Of a DNA stretch of 64,000 nt, positions 40,645 through 49,280 are shown in pieces. The first letter of the stretch is position 1. Each line of letters opens with the position of its first letter. The stretch is from positions 51,202-115,201 of IMG/VR virus record IMGVR_UViG_3300023174_000087; one strand, 5' to 3'. Both the position numbers and the translations under genes were made by a program. The DNA comes from a virus. The notes under the pieces are model-generated. The model was given only the letters and a program-made list of their open reading frames with translations, searched no databases and was not told the DNA's origin.

Positions 40645-40736
40645 AAAAAATAATAAAAAGAATTAAGTCGTATTTTATATTAAGAAAGATTAAAAAAAAT
40701 GGCAACAATGATAGATATATATACTAAGGATAAACT

Positions 40737-42161
40737 GTGATAATACTTGGAGTAAACGAAACCAGTCATGACGCCTCTGTATCTTTAATCAAAGACGGAG
40801 AGATACTTTTTGCGGGGCATGCCGAAAGATATAGCAAGCAAAAAAATGACTGGTATGTGAATGATAGTTTAATAAAAGATGCTTTACAATATGGTACACC
40901 AGATCACATAGCCTACTATGAAAAGCCTCTTCTAAAGGCCTCTAGGCTGGCTTTAAAGGGTGGTTCTGGAGAATGGAAGCCAAGGTTTGAACTTTCTGGG
41001 ATTCCAAGAAAATCTTTTACTCATCACTATTCTCACGCAGCAGCAGGGTATTATACAAGTGCATTTAATGATGCAGTGATTGTAGTTCTTGATGCAATTG
41101 GTGAATATAACACCTCCACAATTTGGGTGGGTGAAGGCGATAAAATTAAATTAAAATATAAGCAAAATTATCCTGTTAGTTTTGGATTGTTTTATTCAGC
41201 ATTTACTCAACTCATAGGTCTGATGCCAAACCAAGAAGAATATATTATGATGGGAATGGCTGCTTATGGGGACTGGACAAGATATTATAAAGAAGTAGAC
41301 GAATACTTTCCAAAATATGACAGACAAAAATATAACTTTCATAAGGGAATTAGTGACTGGGGCATTGAGATTACAGATCAGGACAGGTTTGATATTGCAG
41401 CAGCAGTTCAAGTTGTTTATGAACAAAGACTAAATGATTTTATGCGTATGGCAAAACATATTACTGGGAAAAAGAACTTAGTATTTATGGGAGGGTGTGC
41501 CCTCAACTCATCAGCAAATACATTACTTTGGAATATATTTGATATGATTTGGATCATGCCAAACCCTGGTGATGCTGGCAGTTCTTTGGGAGCAGCAGCA
41601 GCACTATACGGAAAGCATCTTGATTGGAAGACTCCATATCTTGGCTATGATCTTGGAGGAGAGTACCCTGTTCAGCAAATTGTGGACGGCATACTAAAAA
41701 ATGGAGTAGTGGCAGTAGCAACAGGAAGAGCAGAGTATGGCCCAAGAGCATTGGGTAATAGAAGTATTCTTGCTGATCCAAGAGACCCATTGATCAAAAA
41801 TAAAGTTAATCTAATTAAACAAAGAGAGTTGTTTAGACCATTTGCCCCAGTTGTTATGGAAGAGTGTGCATCTAAATGGTTTGATATGGACTTTACATCA
41901 CCATATATGCAGTACACAGTAAAGTGCTTACAGCCAGAAAAAATACCATCTGTTGTTCATGCTGATGGAACATCTAGAGTGCAAACAGTAAACAGAGATC
42001 AGCATCGTGGATTGTGGAGAACAATTAACAAGTTCTATCTTCAAACTGGCGTTCCAGTTTTATTAAATACAAGTCTTAACATTAAAGGCCAGCCATTGCT
42101 TAATGATGAAACAGATATTATTGAATGGGAAAAAGAATATAACTTCAAAATATGCAGGTAA
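40737..42161 (+). CDS. Carbamoyltransferase (CmcH/NodU/TobZ family)
   Basis: SHDAS; HHYSHAA; DAIGE; GGCALN; GDAGSSLG; EYGPRALGNRSILADP; RPFAP; LLNTSLN. Confidence 0.93.
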   Translation: MIILGVNETSHDASVSLIKDGEILFAGHAERYSKQKNDWYVNDSLIKDALQYGTPDHIAYYEKPLLKASRLALKGGSGEWKPRFELSGIPRKSFTHHYSHAAAGYYTSAFNDAVIVVLDAIGEYNTSTIWVGEGDKIKLKYKQNYPVSFGLFYSAFTQLIGLMPNQEEYIMMGMAAYGDWTRYYKEVDEYFPKYDRQKYNFHKGISDWGIEITDQDRFDIAAAVQVVYEQRLNDFMRMAKHITGKKNLVFMGGCALNSSANTLLWNIFDMIWIMPNPGDAGSSLGAAAALYGKHLDWKTPYLGYDLGGEYPVQQIVDGILKNGVVAVATGRAEYGPRALGNRSILADPRDPLIKNKVNLIKQRELFRPFAPVVMEECASKWFDMDFTSPYMQYTVKCLQPEKIPSVVHADGTSRVQTVNRDQHRGLWRTINKFYLQTGVPVLLNTSLNIKGQPLLNDETDIIEWEKEYNFKICR

Positions 42162-42198
42162 GGTGCTATAATAGATTGTATACAAAAGGAGGCCAATA

Positions 42199-42747
42199 AT
42201 GGCAGAAAAAGGAACACTACAGGCAATCGTCGAGGTTGCAAAGAAAGAAATTGGAACCATTGAAGGTCCAAAAGATAATGAAACAAAATATGGTAAGTGG
42301 ACAGGGGCAAATTTCCTTCCATGGTGCCAATCATTTGTTTCTTGGTGTGCATTTACTGCAGGACTTGATGCAAAAAAGTATCCAAAAAGCGCAGCAACAG
42401 TCGCAGCATCTGATTGGTTTAAAAAGAATAACCGTTGGTCTGATGCTCGTAATGATGATCCAACTCCAGGTGATTGGATTTATTTTGATTTTCCAGATGA
42501 TGGAGTAAATCGTATTTCACATGTTGGTTTATGTATCAAGAATAACGGCGATGGAACTATCCAAGTTATTGAAGGAAACACATCTGGAACAGCAAAGGGA
42601 GATCAACGCAACGGAGGAATGTGCGTTGAAAAAACTCGTGGTTATGTAAAGAATAACAAGAAGAAATTAATCAATGCTGTAGTTGGCTGGGGTCGTCCAG
42701 TATATGTTGGAGAAGAAGATGCTCCATTGTTAAATAAGGTTAAGTGA
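42199..42747 (+). CDS. CHAP-domain endolysin/amidase
   Basis: PWCQSFVSW; PTPGDW; SHVG; IEGNTS. Confidence 0.85.
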   Translation: MAEKGTLQAIVEVAKKEIGTIEGPKDNETKYGKWTGANFLPWCQSFVSWCAFTAGLDAKKYPKSAATVAASDWFKKNNRWSDARNDDPTPGDWIYFDFPDDGVNRISHVGLCIKNNGDGTIQVIEGNTSGTAKGDQRNGGMCVEKTRGYVKNNKKKLINAVVGWGRPVYVGEEDAPLLNKVK

Positions 42748-42965
42748 TGGAATCAAACAAAAGAAGTTTATATAAATCAATTACTTGGCCAGCAGTGCAT
42801 ATTGGATTTGTTGGCACACTAATATATTTCTTTGAAAAAGCAATTACTGGAGAAGCACACTGGGAATACGCTGGATCATTTGCATTAATTTATACAGTAT
42901 GCGAAATGATTGGTTATTTTTTACATGAAAGAGCATGGTCAAAATTTGGAAAAAAGATAAACTAA
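42747..42965 (+). CDS. DUF2061-like membrane protein
   Basis: ESNKRSLYKSITW...YFLHERAW. Confidence 0.75.
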   Translation: MESNKRSLYKSITWPAVHIGFVGTLIYFFEKAITGEAHWEYAGSFALIYTVCEMIGYFLHERAWSKFGKKIN

Positions 42966-42995
42966 TCTTTTATAAAAAATGAGAGGTTATTGTTT

Positions 42996-43583
42996 ATGAG
43001 TGAAACTTTTGATTTTATTGAAGACTTTATTGAAGAATCAATTCAAAAAGATTTTTCAGAAAAAATTTTTAATTCTAAATCTATTAAATGGAGACTTTCT
43101 AACATAAAAACATTTTTAAATAACCAAGAAAATTTTTTTATTCCAGAAAAAACACCTACAACTATTGTCTCTAAAAACTCAAAACCAATCTTTCAAATTA
43201 TTGGTGATTTAGAAAATAATGAGTATCAAGATTTATTTGCTTATTTTTGTAAAAAACATAATATTGATGTTGATACTGTATTAAGGGCAAGGGTTGTTGT
43301 TACAACAAATAGTCCTGAAAAAGAAAAACACTCTTATCCACATATAGACCATATATTAGATCATAATGTATTCCTATATTATTTAAATACAACAGATGGA
43401 GATACCGTATTCTTTGATAAAGTTTTTGGAGAAGACGTATCAGATATGAAAATAATTAAAAGGTCAACACCTACTGTTGGAAAAGCCATTAATTTTAATG
43501 GAAAAAGGTTTCATGCCCTATTTCAAACAAGCACTAAAACAATTAGGTGTATACTAAACATAGAATATAGAATAAAAAAATGA
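42996..43583 (+). CDS. 2OG-Fe(II) oxygenase-like protein
   Basis: PHIDH; LYYLNTTDGDTVFF; FHA; R.ILNI. Confidence 0.75.
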   Translation: MSETFDFIEDFIEESIQKDFSEKIFNSKSIKWRLSNIKTFLNNQENFFIPEKTPTTIVSKNSKPIFQIIGDLENNEYQDLFAYFCKKHNIDVDTVLRARVVVTTNSPEKEKHSYPHIDHILDHNVFLYYLNTTDGDTVFFDKVFGEDVSDMKIIKRSTPTVGKAINFNGKRFHALFQTSTKTIRCILNIEYRIKK

Positions 43584-43599
43584 AAGGAGGAGTTGGATT

Positions 43600-43710
43600 A
43601 TGCGTATTAAAATTATTAAGTTTGTAGTTAAAGTTTTGGGATACGAATGGGGTGGAGAAAACCTTAAGTTGCCTTATTGGACAGTTAAAGGAAAGAAAAG
43701 GAATAAGTAA
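43600..43710 (+). CDS. Small hypothetical protein (36 aa)
   Basis: Strong SD AAGGAGGAG; stop abuts the next ATG. Confidence 0.5.
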   Translation: MRIKIIKFVVKVLGYEWGGENLKLPYWTVKGKKRNK

Positions 43711-43896
43711 ATGGCTTTATATGAATATGATTGTATGCCGTGTGCAAAAAGGTATACTAAAGAAAGGTCTATCAAAGACAATGACCCTGGCTATCATTGT
43801 GAAAATTGCAATGCGCCTTTAGTTCGTGTATATTCTAATGTAGGAGCAGTTTTTAACGGCAGTGGATTTTATTCCACAGATAATAGGAAAAAATGA
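43711..43896 (+). CDS. FmdB-family zinc-ribbon protein
   Basis: YEYDC..C..CENC..FNGSGFYSTD. Confidence 0.85.
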   Translation: MALYEYDCMPCAKRYTKERSIKDNDPGYHCENCNAPLVRVYSNVGAVFNGSGFYSTDNRKK

Positions 43897-44504
43897 TAAC
43901 AAGCATACCAGAAGGACAGATCTGTCAATCGTTTGATCCAAAAATGCACCTGTCTAAAGAAATATTAGAAAGACAGGGAGTAACTGAGAACGGTAATGTG
44001 TCTTGTGTTGCCCCAGCATACGTTTACATAGAAGGAATTCACGGTAAAAAGTTTTTGTGTGATTATCATTATCATTATGAAATATATATGACTACAAATG
44101 GATACTCAGAGCCTAATATTTCTTGGAAAAACATTCAAGAGTTTGTTATTGATGAAAGAGAAAGAGTAAAAGAAACATTTGCAAAAGATGTAACAACTAC
44201 AGAAACATCAGGACACAAATGCTCATTAATTAACTCATATGATAAAAGGTTTGGGTGCACTGCTGATGCTCTTGTAAAAGTCATACCGACTGGCATTGTT
44301 CCTAATAAGATAAATTTTACAGCAATAAAAGATAAAAACAATATTTCAGAAGGTATTTTTTATTGTAATTTTCACTTTAGAAGAGAATATTATAGATATT
44401 GTAGCAATGGAGTTATTTATGAAGATTTTCATAAAATAATAGATGAAAGATATAGAATGACATTTACTCTTGCTAATGAAGCGTTAAACTTAAAGTATGT
44501 ATAG
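43893..44504 (+). CDS. Hypothetical protein with two C/C/CxxH metal-binding repeats
   Basis: CVAPAYV..LCDYH and CTADALV..YCNFH. Confidence 0.55.
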   Translation: MITSIPEGQICQSFDPKMHLSKEILERQGVTENGNVSCVAPAYVYIEGIHGKKFLCDYHYHYEIYMTTNGYSEPNISWKNIQEFVIDERERVKETFAKDVTTTETSGHKCSLINSYDKRFGCTADALVKVIPTGIVPNKINFTAIKDKNNISEGIFYCNFHFRREYYRYCSNGVIYEDFHKIIDERYRMTFTLANEALNLKYV

Positions 44505-44506
44505 CC

Positions 44507-44535
44507 TTGACATACTGGCTGTAGTAGTATATAAT
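44507..44535 (+). promoter_or_regulatory. Consensus sigma70 promoter
   Basis: TTGACA-17 nt-TATAAT. Confidence 0.8.
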
Positions 44536-44567
44536 TAAGTATACATCAAATAATTGGAAGGTATAAT

Positions 44568-44819
44568 ATGTTTACAATGATTAAAGACGAAGTTAAGCAG
44601 GAGTGGCAACTATCTCCACAGGATCGTTGCGATAAATGCAACGCTGAGGCTTTAGTAAAAATTACTGGAATTAGTGGAGACCTTTTGTTTTGTGGTCATC
44701 ACTACAATAAGATAATGTCTATTCCAGATGGATACAATAGCATGATGTCTTTCATGATTAGCATTGTTGATGAACGAGAAAAACTTGTTGAAAACAAGTC
44801 AAAGGGTAAGGACTACTAA
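44568..44819 (+). CDS. Small actinobacterial-type Zn-binding protein
   Basis: DRCDKCNAEALV..LLFCGHH..IVDERE. Confidence 0.65.
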   Translation: MFTMIKDEVKQEWQLSPQDRCDKCNAEALVKITGISGDLLFCGHHYNKIMSIPDGYNSMMSFMISIVDEREKLVENKSKGKDY

Positions 44820-45580
44820 TGATTATTCAGATTATCGGTCTTCCAGGTTCTGGGAAAACAGAATTAGCGAAGGCATTAAAAGAACGTATTAACGCTATCC
44901 ATCTCAATGCAGATGAGGTTCGTGCAACGGTAAACTCAGACCTGGGGTTTACACCAGAGGATCGACTTGAACAGGCCCGTCGCATGGGAGAGATGGCTCG
45001 CCTTATCTCTAAGCAGGGGGTTGCTCCAGTAATCGTGGACTTTGTTTGTCCTACAGAATTAACTCGTGCAGCATTTGGAAAGCCAGATGTTCTTGTCTAT
45101 ATGGATACAATTAAAGAAGGTCGTTTTGAAGATACAAACAAGATGTTCGAAGCACCTACAGAGTATGATTGGTCATTTTTAAATCACACGATAGATCCAA
45201 ATGAAAAGTCTTCTATCCTTATTGAAGAGTTTGGACTACATGATTGGTCAGCACCCACAACGCTAATGCTTGGTCGCTACCAGCCATGGCACGAAGGTCA
45301 CCATGCTCTCTACAAAGAAGCGGGAAAGAGAACAGAGCAGGTACTGCTTGGAGTCCGTAATACATACAACACAAGCGAAAAGGATCCGCTTACCTTTGAT
45401 CAAGTAAAGGGTTACATTGCTAAGGACGATTTTATGGATGGTGCATTAGTACTAAGACTACCCAATATAACAAATATTGTATATGGTCGTGATGTAGGAT
45501 ATAAGATTGAGCAAGTAGATTTAGGGGCAGATATTCATGCTATTTCTGCAACGGAAAAGCGTAAAGAACTAGGAATCTAG
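44819..45580 (+). CDS. cysC: Adenylylsulfate (APS) kinase fused to an HxGH nucleotidyltransferase domain
   Basis: GLPGSGKT; LNADEVR; DLGFTPEDRLEQARR; FVCP; FEAP; C-terminal GRYQPWHEGH..ISATEKR. Confidence 0.8.
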   Translation: MIIQIIGLPGSGKTELAKALKERINAIHLNADEVRATVNSDLGFTPEDRLEQARRMGEMARLISKQGVAPVIVDFVCPTELTRAAFGKPDVLVYMDTIKEGRFEDTNKMFEAPTEYDWSFLNHTIDPNEKSSILIEEFGLHDWSAPTTLMLGRYQPWHEGHHALYKEAGKRTEQVLLGVRNTYNTSEKDPLTFDQVKGYIAKDDFMDGALVLRLPNITNIVYGRDVGYKIEQVDLGADIHAISATEKRKELGI

Positions 45581-46218
45581 TGTTGTACTCGTCAGACCAC
45601 AAGTTTTTATTAATTAAAAACATGAAGGTTGGAAGCACATCCTTAGAGGTAGAACTTTCTAAAATTTTACCAAAGAATGCCATTGTTACAACGATTAATC
45701 CTCCAAACATGAGTCATCAGCCTAGAAACTATGGAGAGTTTAGGAATCATGAATCATTTTCTAGTATTTCATCAAAGATTGATCTATCTGGTGTAACTTC
45801 CTATGTCTTTGTAAGAAACCCTTATGAGTGTGTGTTGTCAGATTTTTTCTTTAGGCCAGACATTAAAAAACTTTCTAGTCAGTGGGAGTCTATCAAGAAG
45901 TATGAAAGAATAAAAATGGTAGACAACTACTTTAAAGGAAAACTAACATATGGGCCTTTCATGAGAAGTACAAAAATGCTTTACTCTGATGGAAACACTG
46001 TGCTTGTAGATCATTTGTTGAGGTATGAAAATGGTATAGAAAGTGAAATAAATAAATTTTTACCAATACATGGACTACCTACAATTACTATTAACACTTT
46101 TGAAAAGGCTCATAGGCCCAAACATATTATATATAGTGACATATTTACCAATAATCAAAAAGAACAAATTCAAGAGGAGTGGTTTTGGGAATTTGACAAC
46201 TTGGGGTATAATAGATAA
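45580..46218 (+). CDS. Sulfotransferase (Sulfotransfer_2-like)
   Basis: IKNMKVGSTSL (5'-PSB loop); FVRNPYECVLS (3'-PB motif); LRYEN. Confidence 0.75.
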   Translation: MLYSSDHKFLLIKNMKVGSTSLEVELSKILPKNAIVTTINPPNMSHQPRNYGEFRNHESFSSISSKIDLSGVTSYVFVRNPYECVLSDFFFRPDIKKLSSQWESIKKYERIKMVDNYFKGKLTYGPFMRSTKMLYSDGNTVLVDHLLRYENGIESEINKFLPIHGLPTITINTFEKAHRPKHIIYSDIFTNNQKEQIQEEWFWEFDNLGYNR

Positions 46219-46782
46219 ATGATAACAAAAAAAGAAGAAAGTTTTAATTTTAATTTTATTGGCTCTTACAATGTGTCTAATATTAATAAAATTATTGAGA
46301 CTTTTTCTAATGAGTGGACATTAAATACATCAAGACAGTCGATGTTTGATGAAACACATAAATATACAAATACATACTTTCTTCGTGTACTAGACAATAA
46401 ATGGGAACCAAACCAAGAACTAAGATCTTTTCCAATTGCAACAAATACACAACTTCTTGCAGAAATAGATACAATTGTTGCAGATCTTGAAAAGTATCAC
46501 AATGGCAAATGTGGCGCAGCAATGATTGTTAAACTATTTTCAGATAACAATGTTTTGCCACATTCAGATAATTCCCCATACCTGTCTGCAGCAAGAAGAC
46601 ATCATATACCGTTAAAAACAAATAAAGATGTTATATTTTTTGTAGGAGATGAAACAATGCATTTAGGTGTAGGGGAATGTTGGGAAATAAATAATAACAA
46701 AATCCATGCAGTGACAAATCATTCAGAAGAGGATAGGATACATTTAATAATTGATATTATTCCTAATAGGTTTATTAAATGA
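46219..46782 (+). CDS. Aspartyl/asparaginyl beta-hydroxylase-like 2OG oxygenase
   Basis: PHSD; RHHIPL.TN; GECWEINN..HAV.N..DRIHLIID. Confidence 0.85.
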   Translation: MITKKEESFNFNFIGSYNVSNINKIIETFSNEWTLNTSRQSMFDETHKYTNTYFLRVLDNKWEPNQELRSFPIATNTQLLAEIDTIVADLEKYHNGKCGAAMIVKLFSDNNVLPHSDNSPYLSAARRHHIPLKTNKDVIFFVGDETMHLGVGECWEINNNKIHAVTNHSEEDRIHLIIDIIPNRFIK

Positions 46783-46893
46783 TAATTTTAAAAATATTTA
46801 AATTTATTTTTCTGCAATTTAAAAAATCTTCAAAAGGAATTGCAGATGCAGAAGACAGATTTGTAGCATCTATGTTTAAAGAAAAGGATAAAG

Positions 46894-47097
46894 ATGAAAG
46901 TAACTAGGCAAAGATCATTTGTTAAATCTTTAAGTTATCGTGTATTTGGCACTCTGTCATCATTTGTAGTTGCATATGTAATTACTGGTAAGGGCAGTCT
47001 ATCTGCTCTAATTGCTATGTGGGAAACAATAGTTAAGGTTGGAATTTACTATTGGCACGAAAGAATTTGGGATAAAATTCGTTGGGGGAGAAAATAA
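46894..47097 (+). CDS. DUF2061-like membrane protein
   Basis: RSFVKSLSYR..YYWHERIWDKIRWG. Confidence 0.85.
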   Translation: MKVTRQRSFVKSLSYRVFGTLSSFVVAYVITGKGSLSALIAMWETIVKVGIYYWHERIWDKIRWGRK

Positions 47098-47504
47098 TGT
47101 ATGAATACTATGTAAGAAAAGTAGAGAATGTCGTAGATGGAGATACCATTGATGTTCTTATTGATTTAGGGTTTGATATCCTATTTGCATCTCGTGTAAG
47201 ACTGGCTGGTATTGATACCCCTGAGTCTCGCACAAAGGATCTTGCTGAGAAGGCCCTTGGTCTTGAGGCTAAGGAGTACCTAAAGAAGCATCTCAAGGAT
47301 GCTAAGTCTGTTGTAATTAAGACTGAAAAGATGGACTCATCTGAGAAGTATGGTCGTATTTTGGGCTGGGTATATGTAGATGGTAATACCATTTCCCTTA
47401 ATGACATGATGATTAACGATGGTTATGCATGGGGATACCTGGGAGATACTAAGGTTAAGGACTTTGAAGCACTTGCAAAGGCTAGAAAGAAGTCTGGAAA
47501 GTGA
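47097..47504 (+). CDS. Thermonuclease (SNase family)
   Basis: VVDGDT; RLAGIDTPE; KYGRIL; GYA. Confidence 0.9.
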   Translation: MYEYYVRKVENVVDGDTIDVLIDLGFDILFASRVRLAGIDTPESRTKDLAEKALGLEAKEYLKKHLKDAKSVVIKTEKMDSSEKYGRILGWVYVDGNTISLNDMMINDGYAWGYLGDTKVKDFEALAKARKKSGK

Positions 47505-47758
47505 AACATGTTTTATATTTTACTGCAGAATGGTGCAATCCTTGCAAAAAGGTAAAGCCAATTGTTGAAGAAATAAACCGTGAATACTCAGATGCTAAAT
47601 TTATTGTTGTTGACGCCGATTCAGAAATAGAATTAGCAAGCAACTTTGGTGTAAAATCTATTCCTACTTTTATTTTAATTAAAGATGGAGAAGAAATGTC
47701 CAGACTTACTGGAGCAAAGACAAAAGAAGAACTACTAAGTTTTATAACTGGAGAATAA
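47501..47758 (+). CDS. trxA: Thioredoxin
   Basis: FTAEWCNPC; GVKSIPT. Confidence 0.92.
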   Translation: MKHVLYFTAEWCNPCKKVKPIVEEINREYSDAKFIVVDADSEIELASNFGVKSIPTFILIKDGEEMSRLTGAKTKEELLSFITGE

Positions 47759-47759
47759 T

Positions 47760-47981
47760 ATGAATCCTAAAACTGATGCAATGATTGAGCATCTTGTTAA
47801 TCAAGGTGCAGTAGAAATGCATAGTCTTGACAATGATGGGCATATTCTTTACAGAATTACAGAAAAACTACAGCATGTTAGTCCAGAATTATATGAAGAT
47901 CTTCGTGATCAATATGAGGATCATATGTTTAAACTTATAGATAGAGGTCCGTCAACTATGGTTTGGAAATTAAATGGATGA
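47760..47981 (+). CDS. Hypothetical protein (paralog of the next gene's N-terminus)
   Basis: LVNQGAVE..ILYRITEKL..VSPELY. Confidence 0.6.
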   Translation: MNPKTDAMIEHLVNQGAVEMHSLDNDGHILYRITEKLQHVSPELYEDLRDQYEDHMFKLIDRGPSTMVWKLNG

Positions 47982-48303
47982 TGAAAAGATGTTTGAAGAT
48001 TTAATTTTATCTGGAGCAATTGAGGCTTCTGGAATAGATATAGATTCTGGAGAAATGCTTTATAACTTTACACACAAACTTGAATCAGTTAATCCAGAAC
48101 TACACAATGAGTTTTCAAGATATTTTTCAACCGAGGTTTATGGACTTTGGGAAAATGGATTTTTAGATATGGATGTTACAGATAAAAATCCTAAAATATC
48201 TATAACGCAAAAGGCTCTTGATCCAAAACAAGTTGCAAAACTTGATAAAGATAGACAGTATACGTTAAAAGAAATTATAAGAATTATTTTAGGTAAAAAA
48301 TAA
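47974..48303 (+). CDS. Hypothetical protein
   Basis: LILSGAIE..MLYNFTHKL..VNPELH. Confidence 0.6.
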   Translation: MDDEKMFEDLILSGAIEASGIDIDSGEMLYNFTHKLESVNPELHNEFSRYFSTEVYGLWENGFLDMDVTDKNPKISITQKALDPKQVAKLDKDRQYTLKEIIRIILGKK

Positions 48304-48309
48304 AGTATC

Positions 48310-48732
48310 ATGGATTTTTTATTAGGTTGCTTAATTACTTTAATTGTAACTTTTATAACATTTAAATATTATATTTATTTAGATACAATAAGATCTACAG
48401 AACAAAGGTATAAATTTTCTCAAAGTTCTTTGCATGAAATGATAAAACCTTTGCTTCCACCAGATCTTTTTAAACCTATAATAAAAAAAACTCAGTCTAG
48501 GGTATATGAAGAAAGAACAAATCTTCGTGTGATTATATTAGATGGATATGCTTATTGGATTAAAGATAATAAATTTTATAAAGCGCCAACAATAGGTCAA
48601 AACATAGACAAAGACTCTGCAGTTGTAGTTGACACAATGGGCTTAGATAGAGTACAATTAGATAAGATGTTGTTTATAATGGATAGATTAAGAGAAGGGT
48701 TAGATAATGATAGTGGGAGTACAGGGAACTAG
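48310..48732 (+). CDS. Membrane-anchored hypothetical protein
   Basis: N-terminal TM segment. Confidence 0.6.
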   Translation: MDFLLGCLITLIVTFITFKYYIYLDTIRSTEQRYKFSQSSLHEMIKPLLPPDLFKPIIKKTQSRVYEERTNLRVIILDGYAYWIKDNKFYKAPTIGQNIDKDSAVVVDTMGLDRVQLDKMLFIMDRLREGLDNDSGSTGN

Positions 48733-49057
48733 TGGTTTTAACGACTACCAGGTCTTTCTTCGTTCCATGGGTGTAGCAATGTCTATGCTAAAAGATGAAG
48801 ATAAAGAGTTTAACATTTATTCAGCAGGTCCTGGAAATATTAATGACATGGTCTCTGAGTTTACAAACCTTTCTGAGCGTGGAATGAAGTCTCGTGGGAA
48901 AAAGATTAAGTTTTATAAAGTAGCACCATCATGGATTGTTGAAAATGTAAATGATTTTAATTATATTGCATATTTATCTTTACCAAATGAAGGAAATTCA
49001 AAACTAGTTAATCAAGCACAAGATCATAAAGTTGAAGTTGGAATTTTTAAATACTAA
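48707..49057 (+). CDS. Hypothetical protein (SLOG/YspA-like Rossmannoid)
   Basis: MIVGVQGTSGFNDY N-terminus. Confidence 0.4.
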   Translation: MIVGVQGTSGFNDYQVFLRSMGVAMSMLKDEDKEFNIYSAGPGNINDMVSEFTNLSERGMKSRGKKIKFYKVAPSWIVENVNDFNYIAYLSLPNEGNSKLVNQAQDHKVEVGIFKY

Positions 49058-49068
49058 TAGGGGGAAAA

Positions 49069-49278
49069 ATGATTATTAAATCATTAGAAAAAATGGAAAA
49101 GATTGTATCAAGCAATAGTTCTTTAAGTTGGAATGGATGGACTGTTATACAGTCATATGTTTCAGATAAAGCAAGAACATCTAAAGATGGTGTACTTCGC
49201 AATGGCAAGTGGCAAATTCAAAAAAGATTTGAGCCTTCAAGAACTGGGTGGGATATACCAGATAAATTTGTGAGGTAA
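49069..49278 (+). CDS. Hypothetical protein
   Basis: LSWNGWTV; SD GGGGG. Confidence 0.6.
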   Translation: MIIKSLEKMEKIVSSNSSLSWNGWTVIQSYVSDKARTSKDGVLRNGKWQIQKRFEPSRTGWDIPDKFVR

Positions 49279-49280
49279 AA

